NCBI GenBank assembly: GCA_039630085.1
Contig: JBCNVM010000016.1
Span: 1 to 21,300, forward strand
Direction of reading: 5' to 3'
Length of the DNA stretch: 21,300 nt
Origin: Candidatus Caldarchaeales archaeon
GTDB taxonomy: Archaea; Thermoproteota; Nitrososphaeria_A; Caldarchaeales; Calditenuaceae
Made by a program: the position numbers and the translations under genes. A model generated the notes under the pieces. That model was not told the DNA's origin. It made no database searches and saw nothing but the letters and a program-made list of their open reading frames with translations. The stretch's first letter is position 1. Every line of letters starts with the position of its first letter. Below are positions 9,370 to 17,435 of this stretch, piece by piece.

Positions 9370-10524
9370 TTGACCTCCGGCAAGAGGGCCTGGCCCGTCT
9401 GGGGCGAAGAGGAGGAAAGGAACATCCTCGAGGTCCTCAGGTCTGGCGTCTGGGGTTTAGGGGGGACCTGGGCCTTCAGGTTCGCGGAGGACTTCGCGAG
9501 GTACTGCGGGTGCAAGAGGGGCGTTCCGTGCGCCAACGGGACCGTCGCGCTCAAGGTCGCCCTCAGGGCGGCGGGCGTGGGGAAGGGAGACAGGGTCGTG
9601 ACATCGCCCTACACGTTCGTCGCGACCGTCTCGGTGGTCGCGGAGCTCGGAGCCGTCCCGGTCCTCGTCGACCTGATCGACGGAGGCCTCCACATGGACC
9701 CTGCAGAGGCCGCGGATGTGGCCGAAAGGGTCGGCGCGAAGGCGGTGGTCCCGGTCCACATAGCGGGGATGCCAAACCCCATGGACGAGCTCCGGCGGCT
9801 CAGCGGGGACGCGGGGGTCGCGGTCGTGGAGGACGCGGCGCAGGCCCACGGCTCCGAGTGGAGGGGCAGGAGGACGGGCTCGCTGGGCACGATGGGATGC
9901 TTCAGCTTCCAGTCGAGCAAGGTGATGACCGCGGGCGAGGGAGGGTGCATCACGACCGACAGCGAGGAGCTCGCGGAGCTCTGCTGGTCCTTGGTCAACT
10001 GCGGCCGGACGTCCGGGAGGGACTGGTACGAGAGCGACGTCCTCGCGTACAACTATAGGATGACGGAGTTCCAGGCCGCGGTCCTCTCGGCGCAGCTCGC
10101 GAGGCTCGACCGCCAGATCGAGGTCAGGCAGAGGAACTACGCGCTGCTGCTCGAGGAGCTCGAGGGAGTCGAGGGACTGGAGCCCGTGAGGCCGCCGGAG
10201 GGAACGACCAGGTTCAACGTCTACATGGTCCCGCTCAGGATCGAGAGGAGGAGGCTGGGGAGCGTCGAGAAGGCCCGGGTCGTCGAGGCGCTGAGGTCCC
10301 GGGGCGTCCCCGCGTCGCCGGGTTACACCGTGCCCCTCCACCGGCACAGGGGCGTCGCCAGGTACTGCGAGTCCGTCGGCGCCGAGCTGAGGCCGCTCCC
10401 CAACGCGGAGACCGTCACGCGGGATGTCCTTTGGATTCCGCACCACGCGATGCTCGCCGACGCCGAACGGGTGTTCGAGATCGCCCGCGCCATAAAAGAA
10501 GTTATTAAAAACATGATTTCATAG
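9370..10524 (+). CDS. DegT/DnrJ/EryC1/StrS PLP aminotransferase, RifK/BtrR-like subfamily
   Basis: NGTVAL, EDAAQAHG, FSFQSSKVMTAGEGG (PLP lysine), NYRMTEFQAAVL.AQL.RLD. TTAATA ~30 nt upstream. Confidence 0.9.
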   Translation: MTSGKRAWPVWGEEEERNILEVLRSGVWGLGGTWAFRFAEDFARYCGCKRGVPCANGTVALKVALRAAGVGKGDRVVTSPYTFVATVSVVAELGAVPVLVDLIDGGLHMDPAEAADVAERVGAKAVVPVHIAGMPNPMDELRRLSGDAGVAVVEDAAQAHGSEWRGRRTGSLGTMGCFSFQSSKVMTAGEGGCITTDSEELAELCWSLVNCGRTSGRDWYESDVLAYNYRMTEFQAAVLSAQLARLDRQIEVRQRNYALLLEELEGVEGLEPVRPPEGTTRFNVYMVPLRIERRRLGSVEKARVVEALRSRGVPASPGYTVPLHRHRGVARYCESVGAELRPLPNAETVTRDVLWIPHHAMLADAERVFEIARAIKEVIKNMIS

Positions 10525-10750
10525 ACAATCTATTCATCAAGGGCCGCTTTGACCAGAATGCGAAATCTTACTTAAATATCAGAGAGCCCGAACCCGGCGA
10601 TCGCGAAGATACAGTTAAATATTAAATATTTTCTATCAAGACCCGAAATGAATAGACTGTCTATAGAAAATCGGCCGATGTCCGTTGATCGGCAGCTCAC
10701 GGCGTCTGGTCATCGGGTGGACGGAGGCGGTCCTCATAGACCGGGGGTGA
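10494..10750. promoter_or_regulatory. AT-rich control region upstream of the archaellum operon with palindromes, inverted repeats and TATA-like boxes
   Basis: ATAGACAATCTATTCAT (10521-10537) and ATGAATAGACTGTCTAT (10648-10664) are inverted copies matching 16/17. ATTTTCTAT (10628-10636) pairs with ATAGAAAAT (10663-10671). TTAAATAT at 10572, 10615 and 10622. SD GGGGGTGA at 10743-10750. Confidence 0.75.
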
Positions 10751-10754
10751 GTGG

Positions 10755-11354
10755 GTGGCGGTCGTAGACCAGGGCGCGGGGAGGCCGGCGCAGGGCAGGA
10801 AGGTGGAGCAGATCCTGAAGGAGATCAACGAACTGAAGGGCCCGATCGAGAGGACCCTGATGGACGTCAGGGAGATACTCGCGGCGCTCGACAACCCGCT
10901 GAGGTCAACGCCGGCGCCCGAGGAGCAGACGGCGGAGCCCGATCAGAGGAAGGGGCGACCTGACGGCGAGGCCGTCCAGAGGCCCCAGCAGAGGCAGGCG
11001 AGGCCGCCGACCGGCGTCGTCCGCGAGGGGTTCGACACGCTGACGTTCAACGTCTTCGCCTGCACGGAGCTCCTCACGAAGCTGCTGGGCCGGTGGCAGC
11101 TCGAGAGGCTCCTGTTGGGGATGGAGGGGGAGGACGCGGAGGAGGTGAGGCTGCTCGTGAGGAGGGCGCTTGAGTCGCTCTCGGCCGTCGAGCCGCTCCC
11201 CGACTAGCCTGTCGTCGGGATACCGATGAAGGACGCGCTCCACCTAGGACTGGTCCTCCTGAACCTGCTCCTGAAGGACCCGAGGAACCCAGTGATAGGA
11301 GTCGTCGTGCTGCTCCTGGACCGGATCATCTCGCCCCTCGCGGTGAAGAGGTGA
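10755..11354 (+). CDS. Archaellum accessory coiled-coil protein (ArlCDE/ArlX-position gene), interrupted by an in-frame TAG at 11205-11207
   Basis: EINELKGPIERTLMDVREILAALDNPL resembles the coiled-coil..NP(F) motif of ArlC/D-type proteins. The frame stays open after the TAG to TGA 11352-11354, 4 nt before arlG. Alternative reading: a 150-aa ORF plus a 42-aa ORF from ATG 11226. Confidence 0.6.
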
Positions 11355-11358
11355 GACT

Positions 11359-11841
11359 TTGGCCAGCGCCTCCGTGATAGTCGAGGGGATCGCGCTCGTG
11401 GCCGCGGTGATAGCAGCGTCGTCGCTCGCGTCGGCGGTGCTGAGCAACCTCTCCGCGATCGAGGGCGTCCAGAGGGACCTGCTGGCGGAGCTCCGGGAGA
11501 GGGCCGCGACGAGGCTCGTCGTGATGGCGGTGATCTACGACGACACGGACCACGAGATCAGGGTCTACCTGAAGAACGTGGGGCGCAGGTCGATACCCGC
11601 GAGCGAGCTGACGGGCGCCACGGTCATGCTCACCTCCGTCAACAGGGCCGAGGTCTTCCTCCACGAGAGGTCAGGCAGGAGGGGGACCTGGACGCTCGAG
11701 GGCCCGACTGCCGAGCTGGTCAGGGGAGGGAACGCGGAGCTGACGGTCAGGCCGAAGTCGCCCCTTCAGACCGGCGAGTACCTGCTGACGCTGGTCCTGG
11801 CCAACGGGGTCTCCGCGGAGGCCAGGTTCTCGGTGGGGTGA
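11359..11841 (+). CDS. flaG: Archaellum protein ArlG (FlaG)
   Basis: Hydrophobic archaellin-like N-terminus, IRVYLKNVG motif, position in cluster, SD GAGGTGA. Confidence 0.8.
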   Translation: MASASVIVEGIALVAAVIAASSLASAVLSNLSAIEGVQRDLLAELRERAATRLVVMAVIYDDTDHEIRVYLKNVGRRSIPASELTGATVMLTSVNRAEVFLHERSGRRGTWTLEGPTAELVRGGNAELTVRPKSPLQTGEYLLTLVLANGVSAEARFSVG

Positions 11842-11847
11842 AGGGAC

Positions 11848-12354
11848 TTGACCAGCATGGCCACGGTCTTCTCGGGCGGCGTCCTCCTCTTCACGCTTGT
11901 CCTCGCGGCCTTCAGCGTCATCGCGACGATGACCGAGCACTACAGGGGGCTCCTCGAGGCCGTGGATGGGCTCCGGGAAGGAGGGAGGCTCTCACCCGGC
12001 CGCCTCGCCAGGAACTCGACCCACATACTCGTGACGCTGAGGTACGAGGGGAGCGACGGAATACCGTTTAGCCAGTTCAGGAGCTCGGACCTCGTCCTCC
12101 GCTACTTCAGCGCGTCGGGGACGCCGTCCGTGGCTGTGATGAGGTACGGCCAGGGCTGGGAGGTGGTAAGGGTCGGGTTCAACGGAAGGGGCGAGCTCAA
12201 GAACCCGGTCTCGATAGCCGCTGGGACCGGAATAGTGGACCCCTGGGAGGAGCTGACGATCTCGATACGCGCGCCGCCGGACATGGACCTGAACGGGCCG
12301 GTGGTCCTGGAGCTCTTCATGCCCAACGGCGTGACCGGGGTGACCGGGGGCTGA
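11848..12354 (+). CDS. flaF: Archaellum protein ArlF (FlaF)
   Basis: N-terminal hydrophobic helix, beta-rich body with GIVDPWEELTI and PNGV, located between arlG and arlH, SD GGGGTGA. Confidence 0.7.
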   Translation: MTSMATVFSGGVLLFTLVLAAFSVIATMTEHYRGLLEAVDGLREGGRLSPGRLARNSTHILVTLRYEGSDGIPFSQFRSSDLVLRYFSASGTPSVAVMRYGQGWEVVRVGFNGRGELKNPVSIAAGTGIVDPWEELTISIRAPPDMDLNGPVVLELFMPNGVTGVTGG

Positions 12355-12371
12355 GCGGCGAGGAGGGCGCC

Positions 12372-13070
12372 GTGGTCCTCAGGACCTTCAACGAGGAGCT
12401 CGACAGGAGGATCAGCGGCATCCCCCTGCCTTCCCTCGTGCTGATAGAGGGCCCCAACGACTCCGGGAAGAGCGTCCTGCTCTACCACCTGATCTACGGG
12501 TGCGTGAGGCTTGGGCGGAGGGTCTGCCTTTTCTCGAGCGAGGGAGGGGGGAGGGTCCTGATCGAGTCGATGAGGAACCTCGGCCTCGACGCGACGCGCC
12601 ACTACCTCTCCGGCGACCTGGTCGTGATCCCGTTCGGCCTCGACCAACTTGAGGTCTCGCAGGAGACCCTGAAGAGGTTCCTGGGGCGCCTCCTCGCCTA
12701 CTTCAGGAGCAAGGGCGACAGGTATGCGCTCTACGCGGTCGACTCGCTCACCGTCCTCATCACGGGCCTCCAGGAGAAGGACACGCTGGCCTTCTTCTCC
12801 GACGTCAGGGAGCTCCGGGAGAGGGGAGGGCTGAGCTTCGTCTTCACCGTCCACCCCTACTCCTTCTCCCAGGACTTCATGGTGAGGCTCAGGTCGATGG
12901 CCGACGTCCACCTCTCCCTGAACATCAGGGAGGTCTCGGGCCAGATCCTCAAGACGCTTCAGGTCCTGAAGGTGAGGGGCGCGAGCAAGGCGACCGGCGA
13001 CGTGATCACCTTCGAGGTCGAACCGGGCTTCGGGATCAAGGTCCTGCCGTACACGCAGGTGAGGGTCTGA
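12372..13070 (+). CDS. flaH: Archaellum RecA/KaiC-like ATP-binding protein ArlH (FlaH)
   Basis: NEELDRRISGIP, Walker A GPNDSGKS, Walker B YAVDSLT, KVRGA, FEVEPGFGIKVLP. Confidence 0.93.
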   Translation: MVLRTFNEELDRRISGIPLPSLVLIEGPNDSGKSVLLYHLIYGCVRLGRRVCLFSSEGGGRVLIESMRNLGLDATRHYLSGDLVVIPFGLDQLEVSQETLKRFLGRLLAYFRSKGDRYALYAVDSLTVLITGLQEKDTLAFFSDVRELRERGGLSFVFTVHPYSFSQDFMVRLRSMADVHLSLNIREVSGQILKTLQVLKVRGASKATGDVITFEVEPGFGIKVLPYTQVRV

Positions 13071-15976
13071 ATGGCGGGCCAGGGCCAGGCGCAGCTCCCG
13101 GGGCTCCTCTCCAAGTACCCGCACCTGAGGGAGTACCTGACAGCCTGGCAGAGGTCGGGGAGGAGGCCTCCGGTCTTCGTGGTCCAGCTCTCGAGGGAGA
13201 TGAGGGACGCGGAGGAGGTGAACGTCCTCTACCCGATAGGCGACCCGTTCTTCGTCCACGTCTACTCCGCCGAGGGCCCTTGGAGGAGGTACGTCGTCGT
13301 CCAGCCCAGGGTCGAGGAGGGGGCCTGGAAGGCGCTGGATTACGTCGACGAGGCGGTCGCGGTCAGGGTCCTGCGGGAGGGAGGAAGGACTGAGGGCGAG
13401 AAGGAGGAGGTCCTCAGGAGGCTGCTGGAGGAGGTCGTCGCCTCGGACCCGAGCGTCCCGCGGGGCGAGTACAGGGTCGTGAGGAAGGGGGGCGTGGTGA
13501 CCGAGGTCAGGGCCGACCCGATGCTCGCCGCCGGGATAAGACACTACGTCCTGATGGAGAAGACCGCGCACGGCGTCATCGAGCCCTTCATCAGGGACCC
13601 CTACATCGAGGACATCAGCTGCGACGGCGTCGGGCCGGTCTTCATCGTCCACAGGGTCTTCGAGGGATGCGTCACTAACGTCTCCTTCAGGGACGAGAGG
13701 GAGCTGGACCAGTTCGTGCTGAGGCTCTCGATAAAGTGCGGGAGGCCGGTCAGCTTCAGGAACCCGATAGTCGACGCCCAGCTCCCCGACGGGTCCAGGG
13801 TCAACATCGTCTACGGCTCCGACGTCAGCAGGAGGGGCTCCAACTTCACCATCAGGAAGTTCTCTGACACGCCGATCAGCATAACTCAGCTGATCAAGTG
13901 GAACGTGCTGAGCGCGGAGGCCGCGGCCTACCTCTGGATGCTCCTCGAGAGCAACATGAACGTCTGGTTCTGCGGCGAGACCGCCTCGGGGAAGACGACC
14001 CTGCTCAGGGCCGCGGCCGTCTTCATCAGGCCGACCGCGAAGATCGTCTCGATCGAGGATGTCCCGGAGATCGTGGTCCCCCACGAGAACTGGGTCAGCG
14101 AGGTGACGAAGAAGGGCGAGGCCGGCACGAGCGGCGTCGAGCTCTTCGACCTCCTGAAGGCCGCGCTCAGGCAGAGGCCCAACTACATCATCGTCGGCGA
14201 GATCAGGGGCCAGGAGGCGTCGGTGGCCTTTCAGGCGATGCAGTGCGTCGAGGACGCGGTCGTCTTCGCGGAGAGGGGCCCGGTCTGGCTCTCGGAGCTC
14301 TACGCCCAGCACAGGTCCCTCGGAGCGACGGACGGCGACGGCTCGACTTACGTGGAGTTCCCCTCCCCGATCGGGGTCTACGCGACGGCGCCCGGGAGCA
14401 GGGAGGTCTGGCTGGCGGAGGCGGTGGGGCTGAGGAGGCTCCACTCGGCCGAGACCGTCAGGGTCACGCTCTCGAGCGGCCAGGTCCTCAGGGTCACCCC
14501 GAACCACAGGTTCATCCTCCACCCTGAAGGCCGCGAGGTGGAGGCCTCCGAGCTGCTCGGGCTCTGGAGGTCGGGCCACAGGGACCTGAGGCTCGAGCTC
14601 AGGTCTCCGGCGGGAGGAGGCCAGATGGGGCCCTCGTCGACCGCGCTCCTGCCGGTCGGGCTCGGCACCTTCTGGTACCTGGTCGGGAGGCTGATCGGAG
14701 GGGACTACATCGCCTCGAGGGGCGGAAGGCACGAGCTGGTCTCGAGGGTTAGGGGGCCCGGCGAGGCCGCGGAGCTGGAGTCGATCGTGAACTCGGTGAT
14801 GGCCTGCGACGGAAGGTCCTCCGCGAGGGTTAGGGGGTCGAGGACGCAGTTGGTCTTCAGGGGCATCAGGTCCGAGCTCGTCCACTACCTCAGGTCTTCA
14901 GGGCTCCTCGTCTCCGACGGCTGCAGGGCGTGGGGCGCGCTCCTCTCCACCGACGTCGGCGACGGGGCCGCGCTCCTCAAGGGCATCCTGGACGCGCTCG
15001 AGGGCTGGGGCCAGAGGTTCCAGGGCCCCTTCGGCGTCGTAAGGGCCTCATGGACGGTCTGGTCCCTCGCCAGGCTCGGGCTGGTCGAGGCCCTCAGGGT
15101 AAGGGCGGGGCGGGGGGGGGGGGAGGGCTCGAGGGCGTGCTGAGGGCGTCAGGCGTGGCGCACTCAGTGGGATCGGGAAGGGCGGTCGAGCTGCGGGTCG
15201 ATCTCGAGGTCGAGGCCGAGCTCCGCGGTCGGGGCGTCACCGAGTCCCTGAGGTACTGGAGGGTGCCCAGCGGCTCGCTGGTCAGGTTCGTCTTCGAGGG
15301 CTGGAGGGAGGGGCTGAACCTGAGGGCCTTCGTCGAGGGGCCCGAGGCCTACTGCTACCCCAGCGGGAAGTTCGAGTGGGTGAACGACGTCTCGCCCGAC
15401 GGACCCGCGGTCGTCTACGACCTGGTCCTGAGGGGCGCGAGCTACTACGTCGGCGGGACCGGGCCGGCGCTGCCGATCATGGACACGGGCCACGGGGTCA
15501 TATCGACCTTCCACGCGGGGAGCGTCCAGAAGCTGATACAGAGGCTGGTCAGCGACCCGATCAACGTCCCGAAGACCTTCATCGACAACCTGAACTGCGT
15601 CGTCCTCCAGAGCGCGGTCCTCCACCCCGTGACGAGGAAGCTGGAGAGGAGGGTGATCAGCGTCAACGAGATCCTCGGGGTCGACCCGGAGACGGAGGGC
15701 ATGAACTACGTCGAGGTCTTCAACTGGAACCCGGTATACGACACACACGAGTTCAGGGGCGAGGGGACGAGTTACCTGCTGGAGGAGAAGATCGCGAAGA
15801 TGAGGGGCATCCCCAGGCGGGAGATCAGGAGGATCTACAGGGAGCTGGAGATGAGGGCCAGGTTCCTCAGGAGGCTGATCGAGCTGGGGGTCTTCGACTA
15901 CAGGGACGTCTTCAGGGCCATATCCCTCGCGTCCTCGATCGGGGTCGAGAGGGCCCTTGAGGAGGCGTCTGCTTGA
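13071..15976 (+). CDS. flaI: Archaellum motor ATPase ArlI (FlaI), intein-containing, frameshifted in this assembly at a G12 tract
   Basis: DPYIEDISCDG, Walker A GETASGKTT, SIEDVPE, Walker B LRQRPNYIIVGEIRG. The extein joins AFQAMQ|TGHGVISTFHA (His box). Predicted spliced length is 391 + 163 = 554 aa. The gene spans track ORFs 13071..15143 and 14930..15976. Confidence 0.93.
14244..15484 (+). mobile_element. Intein (~413-414 aa) with degenerate LAGLIDADG endonuclease and C-terminal Asp
   Basis: Block A CVEDAVVFAERGPVWLSEL, block B LRVTPNHRF (TxxH), C/E-like YLVGRLIGGDY and ALLKGILDALEG, block F VVYDLVLRGASYYVGG, terminus PIMD|T. It splits the conserved QAMQ-TGH exactly. Confidence 0.92.
15112..15123 (+). 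repeat. G12 homopolymer at the intein frameshift
   Basis: 12 consecutive G, preceded by GGGCGGGGC. G10 or G13 would join the two flaI ORFs. Confidence 0.9.
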
Positions 15977-17435
15977 GGTCCTACTGAGGCCCAGGGCCTC
16001 GGACCACCACCTCACCATCACCTACCTGAGGGCGCTGGCCACCGAGGACCTCGACGACGTCACCTACTTCGACCTCGTCTCCTCCACGGAGGGCACACTC
16101 GGGGAGCAGGTCTCTCCGTTCAGGGCGGTGAGATACCTGCTGAAGGAGTGGAGCTACCCGCTGAGCAGGGCGCTGAGGTCGGTCGCGGTCGCGGTGAGGG
16201 AGAGGAACGCGAGGTCCCTCGTCGACAGGATGTCGAGGGCCGTCGAGGCCGGGATGAGGGTCGTGAGCTTCGTGAGGCTGGAGTACGAGAGGTTCAGGGA
16301 CTTCGGGAGGAGGGAGATGGAGGGAGCCCTCGAGCAGGCGAGGACCCTCAGCGACCTCTACGTCACCCTCGTCAGCACCCTGACCTTCCTCTTCGCGGCC
16401 TTCGTGGTGGCATCCTCGACCTTCAGCGGCATCTCCGCGGCCGAGGTCGTGACGCTGATAGCGATCGCAGCGGTCGCGTCCTCCGCAGGCGTCTCCTTCG
16501 CCGCGTGGAGGATACTCAGGCCCGACCCGATCCTCACCTCCAGCCACTACGCGCCGGCGCTGGTCAGGGCCGTCGAGTCCCTCTCGCTCCCCGTCGCGCT
16601 GGCCCTCCTCGGGACCTCGCTGGCCTCTGCGGCGCTCCTGGAGCCCGGAGCTGCCGACCTGACGATCGCGGCTGCCTCCGCCGCCTCGCTGGCATCGGGT
16701 CTGCTCGGCTGGGTCAGGACCAGGAGGGTCCCGGCGCTCGACGAGGAGCTGCCTCTCCTCTTCAGGTCGCTCGCGGAGGTAATGACCCACGTCAGGGACC
16801 CCGAGAGGTCGGTCGAGGTAGTGATGATCGGGCACAGGGGGAGGGTGAGGAGGGCCCTGGAGGAGCTGAGGTCGCTGCTCTCGAGGGGCGTGGACCTCGG
16901 GGTCGCGATGAGGTCGAGCTTCGGGAGGACCTGCAGCAGGCTGGCGACGGACTCGGTAGAGATGCTGCTGGAGTGCAACAGGCTCCTCGGGTCCACGAGG
17001 GCCGTCGGGAACGAGGTCTTCGTCTACCTGAACGACAAGCTGGTGATGAGGAGGAAGAGGCTCCAGCTGGCGGGGTACGTGAAGGGGACTTCGCTCCCCA
17101 CCGTCGGGACGTCCGCGGCGGTCTTCGGGGTCGTCGGGTCGCTCTACTCGCTCCTCCAGGAGGTCGCGGCGGTCGTGAGCACTTTCCTCCCCCTCAGGCT
17201 CGACATGCCGATCGACCTGATGTGGAGGGTGACGATATTGATGGTGGTGACGTTCTCGACCGCCTCCTCGCTCCTCATCTACCGGGCCTCGGGGACATCG
17301 AGGACCAGCCTCCTCGTCGACCTCGCGACCTTCCTCCTAGTCGGGTCCCTAGTCCACTTCCTCACCATGACAGGCACCACGTCCCTCCTGAGGTCCCTCA
17401 CGGCCCACTACCGGAACATCGTGCCCATGGGGTGA
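15957..17435 (+). CDS. flaJ: Archaellum membrane platform protein ArlJ (FlaJ), T2SS F family
   Basis: Follows flaI; WSYPLSRAL motif; two cytoplasmic domains with multiple TM segments; DEELPLLFRSL. Start codon uncertain. Confidence 0.85.
   Translation: MRRRLLEVLLRPRASDHHLTITYLRALATEDLDDVTYFDLVSSTEGTLGEQVSPFRAVRYLLKEWSYPLSRALRSVAVAVRERNARSLVDRMSRAVEAGMRVVSFVRLEYERFRDFGRREMEGALEQARTLSDLYVTLVSTLTFLFAAFVVASSTFSGISAAEVVTLIAIAAVASSAGVSFAAWRILRPDPILTSSHYAPALVRAVESLSLPVALALLGTSLASAALLEPGAADLTIAAASAASLASGLLGWVRTRRVPALDEELPLLFRSLAEVMTHVRDPERSVEVVMIGHRGRVRRALEELRSLLSRGVDLGVAMRSSFGRTCSRLATDSVEMLLECNRLLGSTRAVGNEVFVYLNDKLVMRRKRLQLAGYVKGTSLPTVGTSAAVFGVVGSLYSLLQEVAAVVSTFLPLRLDMPIDLMWRVTILMVVTFSTASSLLIYRASGTSRTSLLVDLATFLLVGSLVHFLTMTGTTSLLRSLTAHYRNIVPMG

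Noticed and set aside
10521-10671. Canonical ORB-type replication origin or CRISPR leader
   Set aside because: No ORB-like TCCA..GAAA..GGGG motif, no adjacent orc1/cdc6, and no spaced direct repeats.
471-11207. Genome-wide TAG reassignment (pyrrolysine or Gln) suggested by two in-frame TAGs and a nearby tRNA-Gln(CUG)
   Set aside because: coxS, the aminotransferase and ORFs 17432 and 20303 end at TAG at plausible C-termini. No internal TAG occurs in the long conserved genes, and the tRNA anticodon is CUG, not CUA.
11359-12354. arlG or arlF as the missing archaellins
   Set aside because: They lack a basic leader with a K/R-G cleavage site, and their motifs and position fit ArlG and ArlF.
12102-14885. 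927-aa minus-strand ORF and other long antisense or alternate-frame ORFs (3078..4289, 6022..6948, 7668..8651, 9457..10446, 15164..16021)
   Set aside because: These are shadows of clearly identified genes in high-GC DNA, Pro/Arg/Gly-biased with no motifs.
16148-17431. N-terminal 428 codons of the 575-aa track ORF
   Set aside because: Alternate frame of arlJ; only the part from 17432 looks coding.
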